Made by a program: the position numbers and the translations under genes. The notes beneath the pieces were generated by a model that was given only the letters and a program-made list of their open reading frames with translations, searched no databases and was not told where the DNA came from. DNA of 64,000 nt from Marsupella aquatica (Eukaryota; Plantae; Marchantiophyta), in assembly GCA_973895155.1 (NCBI GenBank), contig OZ316896.1, positions 12,628,549 through 12,692,548 on the forward strand. Direction: 5' to 3'. Shown piece after piece: positions 38,172 to 51,610 of this stretch; within the stretch, counting starts at the first letter, position 1, and each line of letters starts with the position of its first letter.

Positions 38172-41100
38172 TCATTTGGCAAGCCAATAAACAACAAGAA
38201 ATATTGTGCACGAGGCAATAACACCGGCAAGAATCAAGGTATCTTTGGATTTCTTCCGCTTGATGGATCCTGTGATCAAGGTAACAACAGACAAGTAAGT
38301 ATTTAATATGTCTACCGCAAGATTCAAAGGGGCACAAGAGTTGTGGCTAATTCCCTGAACCATACGATAACCAAAAACCAAGACACAAGTCAATCGTAAC
38401 AAGTTTATTGACCAGCCGTGCTCAGCACTTTGTCATTTGCAAAAATTCAGCAAAAAATTAACTATTTACGTCTGAAATAGTTCTTTGTTGAGCAACAGGT
38501 ACAAGCCGCAACCAATATTTCCTCACCTAGAAGGCCACGGATGACTGGAAAGCTGTCTCCCAGTTGCTTTACTTTTCCTTGAATTTCTCCAAATGCAGTC
38601 CGCTGAGCTGCTAGTACACCCTTTGTTGTCTGGGCTTGGTTTATCACATCGTCAATCTTGAACCAACATGGAGCACAGCACACAGACAAGTCAAAGACAA
38701 TAATGCGCATCTTTTGTTCCTGAAATTAATTGTATTCAACAATTCAACTGTCTTTCGCATGCTCATTAAAGAGTTTAGGCGAGATTAGGCGACAGAGGAT
38801 AAGGATAGTAGTTGAAGTCAGTCCTGAGATATCTGACAGTGCAAGCCAATATAATGAAATACAATTAAAAAGCTCGTGGCCAGTGCCTTCGGCGTGGGCA
38901 CAAGTTTTTCTCCTTTCTCAAGTTCAAATGAAGCTTCCTCCCTCAGGTAACACCTTCACTGAGTTCACCTTCGAGCCGACTTAATCTACACCGTCAACTT
39001 TGAGTTCCCAGTTAATCACAACTGTTGAAGTCAGATGACGCCTCACCCAGTTGATTGCCAAACTGAGATACATTATATAAGTAGAAATCTTGGAAAACTG
39101 TACGGTTATATTTGGTGTGATTCAAAAGCTGGGATCTTCATTGTGAAAGTTATGCAACGGTAACAATGATTAAGTGACAAGGACCCACCGACGTAAGCTC
39201 ATGCAAGCTACTTTCGAAAAGTAATTCTTCCCAACATACGCTTAGGTTGTCATTAGCGACATGTGTTCACTTCAGCTTGCTTTGCTCCCTGTCTACTTCA
39301 AACTATACGTGATGGGACTACTGAAAATGAAGAGTAACGATACATGTTAAGTGAGCCAGTAAGATTTCCGGGTCAAAGCTACAAAACCAGGGCGTCCTTC
39401 TGAAAACACATGACTTCGTACTTGCAGCAATTTCAACGACACATTACAAGTTGCCTTTTCTTGATTTGTCTGTTGGAGGTGTGACTTTTCTGATACCTTG
39501 TGTATCCTTTACAAATCTTCCGAGCAGTTTTTTGCAAACTCGTAACAAGTCTTTAGACATGGAGATTCACAATCGAATTCTTAGTCCTAACTTTTCATCA
39601 GAGACTAATACTAGTTCCAGACTGTGTCACTCAACGATAATCTCTGCACTTGCTACAAGAATTTCCCGGTCAACCAAAAACATGCAAATCCACTGTGTCC
39701 CAAATAGGGTTCCAAGCATTCCAATTATTGTCATGGTCTGACAACGCATACCCAACAGAGCAGAGAGTGGAGTATTGTTCATACCTGTACAATATTCCCA
39801 TGGATAGCACCCCGCTCCCTCAGTAAGCTAGGACCAGGCGATAAGCTTCCTGAAGCCTACAACACAGATATCAATTACACAATTGAGGAGCATAAGGCTA
39901 TGAAGATAAAGTCCAAAGTGTTACCTCAAGGAAAACAGAAATATCATGACTCGAATTTTTTTCACTTCATAGAACTTCATACCCAAATCTTCGAGTCAAG
40001 AAAAGGTGCAAATTCTTTAGTACTTTTAACCCTCTTCCTCTGCACTCTTTGCAAATTGGCTCGCTTCACAATCAATGCTACTCACTCAAAAGTCAGCAGG
40101 CATGGGAGAGTCAACATGCCGGGGAGAGTCATCTCACAAAATGATTACAGTCCAAACATGAACTAATTCAAAGCTCCTTACACCATACTCCTAATTAACA
40201 AGATTACATTTACTTTGTATGAACCGAGAAAACTGGACGATAGAAGGACCTGTGTAAAGTTGAGTACCTTATACTCACTAATGTCGTTGCGTACAGAGGT
40301 CAAAAGCTCCGCATGTTCTCGCATGGAGCTAATGTTTCCCTTCGTCCTTCGGAATTCCTGGAAGCACCCAAGCAATGTCCAAACTAAAGATGAGGGTATA
40401 CTTCAACCCTGCTTAGCGTACTCGATTGATCTACTTCTAAATGCAGAAAATAAAATACAAGTGTCCAAAACACTCTTACACCATCAAATTGTGGGCCTCT
40501 CCTTGGTCAAACCTCAATTATCAGAACGTCAAGGAAAAGCTAAACCATTTAATCATATCCATGACTTCTAAGCGATACCTGAGTAAACTCATGAAGAATG
40601 TCTCTGTGTCTTGCAAGTTTCTGCGTGACAGACGTAGTGGAAGTTGCCCCCGCCACGCATCGACTCATAGCATCATTAATGTCGAGTAACTTTTCAAGCA
40701 GAGACTCAATCTCCATCTCCACTGACTTCCATGATCCATCCCCACCTAAGGCATCTCCAGAAGCATCATGACCTGTAGAAATAGGCATCCAGACACCACA
40801 AACGGGATGTGATATCAGATGCGAGTAATGACCAACAGTCAAGGGAAGATCGATAAGTTCTACAAGACATTCAAGTATCAATTCATCTCCATAGAAATCC
40901 AAAAGAGGTCATGACGAAATGCGAACACAATTTCGAATTCAACTTTGATAACGACTTATTCTTCGCTACCTCATGACTAAGTTCGATAACTGTTTAATCT
41001 CAGACTTGTTATCACCCTGTGCCACTGAGAGCTCACAAGGAACGAAGAAAGTCTTAATACACAAGGGGAATTTACCTCCATGGGCTAGCATGCCCCCAAG

Positions 41101-41193
41101 CTTGGCGTATGATGACAACTTCACATCAAGGTCACCCTCTATCTTACGAGCCTCCTTCCTCAGCTCCTCCCATCCCAGATCTCCGTCCTCCAT
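38172..41193 (-). CDS. GOS12: Golgi SNAP receptor complex member 1 (Qb-SNARE GOS1/GOS28), 6 exons
   Basis: Exon peptides are WEELRKEARKIEGDLDVKLSSYAKLG (41076-41193), SWKSVEMEIESLLEKLLDIND..QKLARHRDILHEFTQ (40579-40772) and EFRRTKGNISSMREHAELL (~40268-40357). These are followed by LLRERGAIHGN (~39785-39856), IDDVINQAQTT..FPVIRGLL (~38527-38656) and SIKRKKSKDTLILAGVIASCTIFLVVYWLAK* (TM anchor). Confidence 0.94.
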
Positions 41194-42334
41194 TGCCTAC
41201 CTGCCTGTTTTCTTTCTGCTCCAAAGTAAACCCTAATTGGCCTCAGGACCCTCCGTTTGCAAATCGGCCCTAAGTATTTTTCGACGCCCTCCTAAGCCTG
41301 TTTCTCCTTCCACCGGGAATGACCAAGAAGAAAAGGAGATGTTCACATCAAAACCAGTAGCATCTTAAGTCCAGCCTTATGCTCAACTTCGTCTCTCGCC
41401 TACGCCATCGTCATTACAGCGATCTGGGCTCGCTCTCTCACCACGTGAACTCATTATCTGGACCTTGCACCTGTAGTTAGTCAGCCCTGCGTGCGACCTC
41501 CACCCAGCCCGACGGCAGTCTCGATATCGGAAACCTCCAGCACTTCTAAACAAACACAACCAATTTACTGAAGCCGATCAGAACTCTTCACACTCTGCTC
41601 TCCGATTTGTTCGCCGCTTGCTTCTGAAAGCCCATAGCATCTCATGAACCGTTTCAACAGGATCGATCACAACCCAACCCAAACATTCAGTTCCTGCGCT
41701 TGCAATGGGAACAACAACAACACGGTCAAGGCGTGCAGGGAGACGAAAATCCAAGTCTAGACGAGTGCGAAGATCGAGCACATTGGCGATTGATTCTGCA
41801 CCACGATCGAGGAGAGGGTGGTACACACTATCGAGACCCGTACTCATCCGTAACCTACCAAGACAAGGGGAGGAAATGGAGAAATAAGGTAAGGGGTTTG
41901 AGAAAAAGGAAGAGGGGACATGTTTCTCCCTTTCGAGTTGTTTTTTTCCTTATATTTGTAGAGCATTCTAGAGACGACGTCTCACATATCTCTGTCTATG
42001 TAATTTATCTAATCTAAACATTATAATTTGCAGTGACTGTTTTTTTCATGGTGTACTTACAACATGTGTCAAACCCTTCCCCATTTCCTACCAAACATGA
42101 GATGGGCTTGACTGATTACTCCCCCACAAGCACTTTCTACAGTTCACACATTCCTTGAAATCCACTTGTCAGGACAAAAGGTCTCCCTACAGAGTATGAG
42201 TACCTGGCCATCTCACTTGCGCTCGACCATGCTCAACGTTAGTTACAATTGGCAATACTATCCAATGCACTTGCATTGAGCCATCTCCCACATGCTCTTG
42301 GGATTTTGGAGAGCTTATAGGAGTTCCTCATGCC

Positions 42335-42681
42335 TGTTGAGCATAGATGACAATCGCAATGGCAAGCCCATGAACCATCCAACGCACAAGAGTCGACACA
42401 AAGAGATACGTGGTTCACCGTCACATGAGGCTACATCCACAAGAACACACATGAACTTTACTGTACTTCTAGGCCGACCGGCCATACCAAGCATCCACAG
42501 CGCAAGGTATCTCTATCTCTCAACTAGCTCCGTAACAATGAGCCTGAGTTCCCACTCTCCAAGCAAACACCGTTTGGTTATAGAGTGTGCACAGCTTGAC
42601 TAACCTAACCAAGTCTGTGACTAAGGTTAGCCCTTAACTATGGTACATTCGTAACTCTAGACCTAAGAGTAAATCCTAACA
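42335..42681 (+). mobile_element. Solo LTR (family A)
   Basis: TGTTGA...CCTAACA termini, 347 bp, flanked by ATGCC/(A)TGCC TSD. It is highly similar to 43632-43964. Strand is given relative to the other copies only. Confidence 0.8.
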
Positions 42682-43631
42682 TGCCGTTGTCCTCTTGTCT
42701 TTTGGTGGTGGCCTTTGGCGCTCTGGGAATATTCTCCCACAATTTTCTTGGGAAAGAAATTTGTAACCTTATTTACATCTGGCAAGTGTTACAACCCGAC
42801 CCAGGACCGGACCCCAAGTTGACTTTTTTATTTTTGTTTTTCTTTGCCCTTTATGAGGTTTGTATCTCTTACTCCTGATCGTTTATTGATTGTTATGTTA
42901 TTTATACAAGTTGACTAGTTTGCACCCAGATCCCCAAATTAATTGTTTAGGGGATTTTAACCTGTCCAGGGAGCAGAATTTTGTAATGGGGTCCAGGTCC
43001 TCTACAATGGGAGAATAGCTTGGGTCCAAGTGAGGTTGCAATGCCTACAGAGTTATACTTGGAATGGGTGTCTTTCTTTTCTTTTTTCTTTTTTTAAAGG
43101 GGAAATCTGTGAGACCCCACAGAAAAGGAATAGCCAATCACAACATTTGAACCCAAGATCTGTCGGTCTCAACATCTGAACCCAAGACCTATCAGTCTCC
43201 ACTCTGGAATGGGTGTTTTTAAAGTGCAAGTTTTCCATATGACATAAGTACAAACCTTAGTATTATATACTTTACTGCCTATATGATTCCCCAGCTCCAA
43301 ACAAGAATCTGGCACACACAATAGTTCACAGATCAATTTTGGATCAATTTCAGAACATCCATAGAGACCTGAGTGGTACTAAGTTCTTTTCTGTGACAAA
43401 TTTCTGCCTTCTTAAAAAGCTTTTGGATAAATTTCACTAGTTTTTTGGGGTTCAATTAAACAATTCCCACCAAGCCCCACGGTCTAAAAGCCAGGATCTG
43501 ATGTGTCTCCTTAAATCTAGGGATACAGAAACAAGAAATTGCATCCAAAGTACCACAACTAAGGGAACAAATTCCACATGGAGGATGATTGAGTTTGAAT
43601 GCATGGCTTCATTGAAGATAAACTTCAAGAT

Positions 43632-43964
43632 TGTTGAACATAGACGACAATCGCAACGGCAAGCCCATGAGTCATCCAACACACAAGAGTCGACACCGAG
43701 AGATACGTGGTTCACCTCCACATGAAGCTTCGTCCACGGGAACACACATGAGCTTTACCGACCGGCCATACCAAGCATCCACAGCGCAAGCTCTCCCTAT
43801 CTCTCAACTAGCTCCGTAACAATGAGCCTGAGTTCCCACTCTCCAAGCAAACACCGCTTGGTTATAGAGTGTGCACAACATGACTAACCTAACCAAGTCT
43901 GTGACTAAGGTTAGCCTTAACTACGGTACAGTCGTAACTCTAGACCTAAGAGTAAATCCTAACA
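43632..43964 (+). mobile_element. Solo LTR (family A)
   Basis: TGTTGA...CCTAACA termini with TSD AAGAT/AAGAC (1 mismatch). Confidence 0.8.
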
Positions 43965-44025
43965 AAGACGATCAGGTTGCATCATTACCATTGGTGAGCC
44001 AGACATAGTTTTGCAAATTTTCCTC

Positions 44026-44787
44026 AGTCCTCTTGGAACTATACACCTCCATGTTTGCCAAAATGCTGAGATAGACTTTGCAATCCAGGATGCACTAGAG
44101 TAAAACAGTCTCTTTTGCTTATGCCTCTCTTCTGCATATGTGGTACATGTTACAGCAATGAGTGAAATTTGGCAAGAAAACCAGACAGTCATCTTTGGAA
44201 ATGCTTGAGCATTTTAATCTTCAATGAAATCTGAAGATATAAGGTTCATTGGAAAGATTTTTCCAAGCCGCCTCTGATTAGTTTAAAACACCAAATCCAT
44301 TCTACATCACAGGAGACAATGCCAAGCTACCTCTGATTAGCCTAAAACACCAAATGTGGACACTGAGTGATCAAGTAATCTTAAGAAATTCAAAGCTCTC
44401 AATTTGATGAAACTAGCATATTAGATTTATTGGAAATACCTTCCTTTTAACTAGCCCGGATACAGCTGAGACTGATATCTAAGGTCAAATCTTTGCTGTT
44501 AAAATTGTTTGGAAACAATACGGGTGTCAATGAGTGAAGGTGTAAAGGGTGTCATGCGGTGGGGTTGAATAGTTCAGGGCTTCATCCATCTGGGCTTCAA
44601 CTTCTCCTAAACTTAGAACCTGAAAAGGACCAATTTACTAAAACGGGCCAAACAAAGTACAACTGTGTAAAAGCAAAAGAAAAGTGGTCTAGAGTGAACG
44701 AACACCACATTCAAAACCTCAGAAACCTACAATGATGATATTGATGATGAATGCACTTCTCGTTCACTTTTTAGGACAACTTTACCT
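44026..44787. repeat. Dispersed/duplicated block, homologous to 55581-56304
   Basis: Shared colinear motifs include CCTCTTGGAACTAT, ATGAGTGAAATTTG..AAGAAAAC.AGACAGTCA, TTCCAAGCCGCCTCTGATTAG, TCCATTCTACATCACAGGAGA, AAACTAGCATATTAGATTTATTGGAAA and CACCACATTCAAAA. Confidence 0.85.
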
Positions 44788-47700
44788 TCAAAACAAACGA
44801 ACAGAAAATGATGAATCCAGTTTTCGGAACTCGTGCAATGGGACTTGAAGTAAGAATCTTGGAACTCGTGCAATGGGACCTTTGAAGCAAGAATCTGAAC
44901 AAAAAAGCATGGAAGACAGGAAGAGGGCAAATGGAAACCAAGAAAACCTAACAAGAGAAACGATGATGAATGCACTACTCTCACTCTTTAGTCAAACTTT
45001 CCGTTCAAAACAGGCAAACAGGAAATGATGAATGCAGTTTTGGGAACTCGTGTAGTGAGATGTTTTAAAGTAAGAAATCTGAACCATCGAGTAAGCATAG
45101 GACCACCCGAAGCTGAGAAATTGAGCCACTTGTTCGTTTGCACGCGAACCGGTACAGAGGACGGATTGCTGTTCCACTACTGACAGGTCCTACCTGAATT
45201 TTAAAATTTCGAGCTTCTCACTAGTATGATCCCATCTGCGTAGCAGATATGGCCTAAACGATTCACACTTCAAACTACTTATTAAGCACAATGGTTTACA
45301 GAAAATCATCATGAGAGTAGGAAAAAGTCTACCTGCTCATGTGGAATCAAGAAAAGAAATCCCGTTGACAATTCAAGCATGACTTGTATAACTTACTGCA
45401 GTTACTGTGGAGTGTGGACTTCACATGGACGTATCATTCGTGCGCCTCACTGTCCGAGATTAAACGTCGGACGTGGAAACAAACATTCAGTAGGAACACA
45501 TCAATCCTACAATATTTATTGTTGTCAAGATTCACCTCGACTTCTTCAGTGTTGCCAGATATCACCGTTAAGAAGAATGGTTCTGGACTGCTTGTAGTGA
45601 TGTCTGCTAGTAAACCCGTGACGTAGTTATATTGACATTATGGTATGGATGCGATTAATTGGATGTTGAGAGCGGCCAGCGGACCGCAAAGCTTATGTAT
45701 GAAAGAGAAAGTCCTGAAAATCCTCTTGAACTGCTGTTGGACTATAGAGAATATGCACCTCACGGATGATCCGAATACACACCAGACCGTGTGTCTGTGG
45801 AAGTCGAGCTGTTGGACAAGTTCTGTGCACTAAAGTGGGACGGGTCAAGCAAGCTTACAATACAGGGAATGAGTTTTTAGTTAAGGGTCACGGATTGCAC
45901 TCTCTGACGGGTCACAGGATCTCTACTTTAAAACACTCAAAAAATCGTTAACATGAGTGCTCGATAGAGGGAAGCTTTCATCATTGCTGAGGTGCGAGTT
46001 GTCTAAACGGATCCTTTGTCTGCATTAGCAATCTTCAGCATGCGTAACTTCCCATTAAAGTATGAATTAAAATGACCCAAAGACCTCAATTATGAAGAAA
46101 AGAAAGGAAGTACCATACTGGAGTCTCCAATAGGGCCAACTTAACTTCATGTGAATCTTGTTACTGATCGAGCGACGAAAGGAGCCTTGATGAGTATCAT
46201 TGGATACTCATGATATTGAAAGCTACTGCACTGGCAGTTGTGATCGAGCTAAGATACCAACTCAACATCCGTCAGAGCATTGAGACCTCATGTACGAGTA
46301 TGGCGTCTGGACCTGTAAAGTACGTAGAGATACGGACGCAGAGTGGACAACAGCTGTATTCCAGGGTCGGCAGCAGCACACCTCGCAGACCAGCTTCCGT
46401 CTCCTGTTTCTGCAGTGTGAACACTTCAGGGCCTTGTGTGTTTTTCTTTCTTTTGAGTTAACCCGAGAGTTAACCAAAACGTTTGAAACTGAACCCAACA
46501 TTCGTTTATGTTTGCTGTATCGAAGCGAACCCTCCATTATACCTCGCTGTGTTCTCAAATGTTGTCCCTTACGCTCTCCATTCTACAATTATTGACTAGA
46601 AACTCACCACAATACTTCCTTGAATGCTCTCCTCTAAGAACGTTGAACAACAATTCTTTCAAGAATGAGCATTTGGGATTAGTTCAATAGATTACTAGTG
46701 CTGAATTCTTGGGGGAATGTTTCCGGACCATTTCCGGACCATCTTCAGCTGAAATTCAGTATCTCCGGAATAAAGTATCATTGTTAAGGCGAATCCTCGC
46801 AATAGTGTCGTTGATGACATGACACGTAGAGATGCAAATTAATCTTTCCTTTCCGACTACTCCTCTTCTCGTCTCTTCTTATGCCTTTCAGAATCCAAGA
46901 TGAATTGGTCCCGAATTGGATGTGGCTTGTGGCCCCCTGAAGACCCTGCTCACACGCTCATGATCAACGTAAGTTACCGAGTTCGCAGTTCCAACCTTCG
47001 AACAACGTTTCAACCCTGACAAGAGCATAAATGCGACGACATGGAGGTGGCGTACTCCACAGGCACATAATGTAAAAGCAGGTTTTTTCACAGAATTAAA
47101 GTGGGGCTGCTGCAACTTACTACTGTAGCTCGATACCGTAGTCTATGTACTGTGATGCACGATGTCCTTCCCCCTGTCATAATACTTTCTTTGTCATGAA
47201 CTTTCACAGTCTGTCACAGTTGCTTCAAGGTGAGTACAGTAGATCTGGACTTCTAAAAGCACAAAGCTCCCGCGAAACCTTTCCTTAGGATGATCTGGCT
47301 CATCGAGATGGGTGCCCTAGCTTGTAGTAGCAATTTTGCTTAGAACCATTTGAGATAATTCCATGAAACCGCTCTTGTCATAACAATTAATTTACTCTCC
47401 CCTCATTCAAGGCTTAGGAGAAAGCATGCTGTCAGTGACAGGCAAGGTCCCTTAATTTCTCGTACGCTTACTTGGCTACCTGTTTTTTAATACTTGTCCT
47501 CTGCGGAGCCCTTAGCTCTATTGAGGTATGTCGTGGCAACTCGCAGAATGAATCTAATCATTCTCTAGATTGTACACATTCAATTATCAATTCTTCAACG
47601 AACCTGGTTTATAATAGTGTACTCGAGCTCTACAGTAGCCGGACATATTACACGTGCATTGCAGGAACAGTCTGCTCACATTGACACACGCGTTTGGGCA

Positions 47701-50700
47701 ATATCATCAAGGCCACTATCAATTCCACTGCAGCTGCAGCTGTAGACGCAGGAGGCACACAGTTCTTCAGTTCTGCTGTTAGATAAGGATCGATGGTCCC
47801 TACCGACCTACTGGGAGCCTGCCACCTTGGTTGATCACGACTAGAAATGGAGGACACTCTCTCGATCTGCCCGCGCGCAGACCTCAATAGCTCGACTCAG
47901 CTAGCTCCCACATCTAAGGTGGCCTGGAACTTGAAATTGACCTAGCAACCGTAGTGTCGACCTACGCGTAATGTACGTATCTTCCTCTGATTTTGTCATG
48001 AATGCGGTCCACGACCCAATCGTAACGGCTACCTCAGCTCTCACAACCTTGATCACGGTTTCCCGTGTGAGCAATTCCGGCATGTTCTCTACTCCGTACG
48101 TGAAACACTGTATCAAACAAATGAGCAGTACGTCGCCGTGTGCCTGTGGAATTGAATTATCGAGGCGCCAGTTCGGGGGAATTAAGCCGCTGCAGCAGCT
48201 CCTGGGTTCACAATCTAAATCCAAGCTAGCACGGGACCGTTGTCGAAGGCCACCAACCTGAGGTGGCTATACCGTGCTCCGCTTCACGAATTCCTCATCC
48301 GAGAGTCAGTGTTGAAAAGTTTTGCATTACATGTTTCCGAAGCTTTCCAATCAAGCAAATGTGCTGATCCCCGGATAATTTAATTAACTCCAGCCAAAGT
48401 GCTGCTGCATCAACGAGCGTTTCGGGACTCGAAACATCCCCGTCTAACTCGATGCAAATAGTTAGCATACAGCAGGATGGCCCACAAGCGTGTAGGCCTG
48501 CATGACAAGTTGTCATCCTGTCAAACACGGTTGTCCCCGGATTATGTTTCCAACTATATGTATGACCACGAACTGCACATTTTCAGGCGACAGGCGTGCT
48601 ATTCAAACAGGCTGGTATATGGGAGTAGCTCGATCGTCCACTTCCCTGACGCCCTCTCAGAAGCGTGTGCTGGTGATAGAAGGATTCCATGTCAGTGTCG
48701 GAACCGCGGCCTCTAACGACCTCAAAGGAAGCTACTCGTCCAGTGATTAGCCTGGGGCTGCTCTTTCTTCATAATAATTTATTAGAAACTCAAAAGAGTA
48801 CCATTCTCCAGACAGTATTGCAGTGCCCCGTCTGTTACCGGTAGATGATTGTGCCCAGATACCAGGTTCAGCTCCCGCATTGAGTGTCTACAACAGACAG
48901 TACAATCCACCGGGCCCACTTTCATATTTGACGCCACCATGCAACATCATAAGCGTGACTACGGTCGGTCCGTGGATCAGCGGGTGGATCAGTCAAGACT
49001 ACAGGGAGCTCATCACCTCTCTTAGGCTTTGACCTGAGAACTGGACTGACTGAGGTTATCATGATTGTGTTGGTTCTCCAGCATTCTTCTTCTAGGACTC
49101 TCACTGATAGTGTTTACTAGAAAACGCTAAGCAGACGATCTTTTGTCAGCTGCCTCTAGGTTTCCGCGTCTGTCACAGCCATATAGAATTACAGATCCTT
49201 CAGAGCATGAGTACATACCTCCCTACGGACCTGGGAAGCGAGCCTACTGCTATACACGCTTTCAACCACTACCTACATTGCTTTCCTACACTAGCTAGCA
49301 CGTCTCGTCAGAGGAGTACAGTCGAGTTTTTCCAAATTGTTTTTAGGGTGACTGAGAAACTTTTACTTCCCAGAACACTGCAGAGTCTGTACAGTTTTTC
49401 TTCCCCTCTAAGCCTCTGACAAGGAAATGATACCTTTTCTTTCCCCCATCATCATTCTCAGAAGAGCTTGTTGCCTGTGCCTGTGCTGTCCCCACTTGCC
49501 TGCGGGCCACCTCTGCGGTACGCAGTCTTTCTGAATGGAATTCGAAGGAATCTTTCAAGGCCAACAGCTTGCTGTCTGATGCTGAGTCGACTCCAACTCC
49601 GTTCCACCATTTCCGTCTCGGACGAACGTTCATCAAAACCCAGAAATCCCTTGAAAAGCAGGAACCTTTCTGTCAGCTAACATAGCATCGCCGTGTACCA
49701 CCATTCCTGTGTCTCCACTTCAGTTCCCAAAGTCGTCAGACGTTCTTGGTTTAAATATCGATCTTATTTTCATTGGGATTGATCATTTCATTGGGATAGG
49801 GGCATGCACTGGCAAGAGTCTTCCAGGATGCTGGATAGCTCCCTGGATCTCCCTAGGTATGAGTTTTCCCGCTTTTTGATGACTTTATTCCTGCGAGTGT
49901 GCCTCTTGGCTGAACTCCTGAATGATTCCTCGGGCACCGAAGGAAGCAATCACTCAAAATTGAGTGATTGATTCAAACCCGCCGCGCAACCAACAACCAG
50001 ATATAATTCTTGATCTTCGGAATATAGCACAGCGATTTGTCTCATTGTACATTGCTGTTGTGCTGAAACCGGTTTTGACTTCTTCTTAGGATGTTGCAAC
50101 TATTTCTGGACATTTTCCGAAAGACTGGAAACTACGGAACTCCATCACTTGATGAAGGTTCGATTGATGTTTGGTGCCTGCATGTACACCCCGTTCCTTG
50201 CCCTCCAGGTGGCCTCTGATAGAAATTACCAGTTCATTCTCATTCGACGCTTTTGGTGGAATAAAAGATAATGGATTGATCCTCACTATTCTGATCAGAC
50301 CCAAGGAGAGGAGTGGAGTGGAAAGAGTGCCAACTTGACAATCTTCGTGTTTTGGAAGCCAGAATGTCACTTCCCTGTCAATTGCATTCCTAGTCGAGCT
50401 TCAAGTGCCGACTAACGACCCAGCAATTAGATGGATTGGGAATTCTCCTGAGGATGGGAATGCCAAGCATCGTCTCCTGTGATATACGAAGTCTCGAATC
50501 ATGTGAAAGGAGGATAAGGACCTTGCGATCAGACTAGTTGCAGATTTGAAATTATACTTGGCACGATTATACAGAGGCCAGAGATCCCAGGGGAGCATTT
50601 AATTTGTTTGGCATCTATCGTTCGCATGTGTGATATTGGGTGGTCACGATTTCCAGCTCATTATGTCTCGCATGGAGATTCCATCCTATAGAAAGAAGCT

Positions 50701-51610
50701 CCAACCTGGCAGTGGATACTCAGATACGTCGTGCTAGCCAGGGATTCCAAATATATGCCTTTAGTCTGCTGTTAAAGTTCTGTCAGTCCTTCCCACTAAG
50801 ACGTGGGTGCCATTGCGGAAGTGGTTGCCATTCAGTGAGTCTTTCTCAATTTCCGTGCAGGTAACCGCATTTCGATGAGAGCTTTGAACGAGAGTTTTAT
50901 CACGAACGAGTAACACCTCATCGATCCAGGCAGAGGAACGATAATTCTGTGCTTTAAGCGAAAAAGCTGGCAGCGAAAGTGAGCCCCAGGAATTGATGTT
51001 TTGGTGGAGTAATCATCGACTCTGACATTGATGATTGGGTCATTATTCAAAAATGAATACTCATCCCGACAGGGAAAGTGAGAGGAGATTGACATGTATG
51101 CCTGAGGTGCATTAGAAAAGAATGCTCATCCCAACAGGGTCGGGTATCACAGTAGTGGCTCACGCGCCACTGTCTGGTGTAACTAACTCTAATTGATGTA
51201 AAAGAATAGATGGGGTGAGCTTTTCCACAGATCAGCTGTACGGGATAAATGAGCAATGAATAAGAGTGAGGACATTTATGTCCCATCTCGAGGTAAACAA
51301 CCGAACTAAAGTGAATGAGCCTACTTTGAGAGACAATTTCTCTTGGATCTGATGAGCCGAACTGGAAATCGGGACTCGTCCCCGCAGATGAAAATTCTAG
51401 CCAGGGAAGTACCAATCCTGGAAAGGGGTTCTTCGCCCAAATCCAGCAAAGAGTACCATCGATACTCCAGGTACATGTAAGCACACTCCTAATCACAATG
51501 GTTTGACAGGAGTGGACCACGTAAATATGAAAAGGGAATGGGGAAAACATTCTGAACGATCGCCTGAGTGCCAACGGGAAAAGGGTGAGGGGTTAAAATC
51601 GAAATGGCGA

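Noticed and set aside
42335-43964. TRIM/non-autonomous LTR element formed by the two nearby LTRs
   Set aside because: Each LTR has its own distinct TSD (ATGCC versus AAGAY), and no PBS or PPT is evident between them, so they are two solo LTRs.
50465-50495. YITGDD (minus strand) as a viral RdRp motif C
   Set aside because: It is flanked by in-frame stops with no motif A or B upstream, which is compatible with chance.
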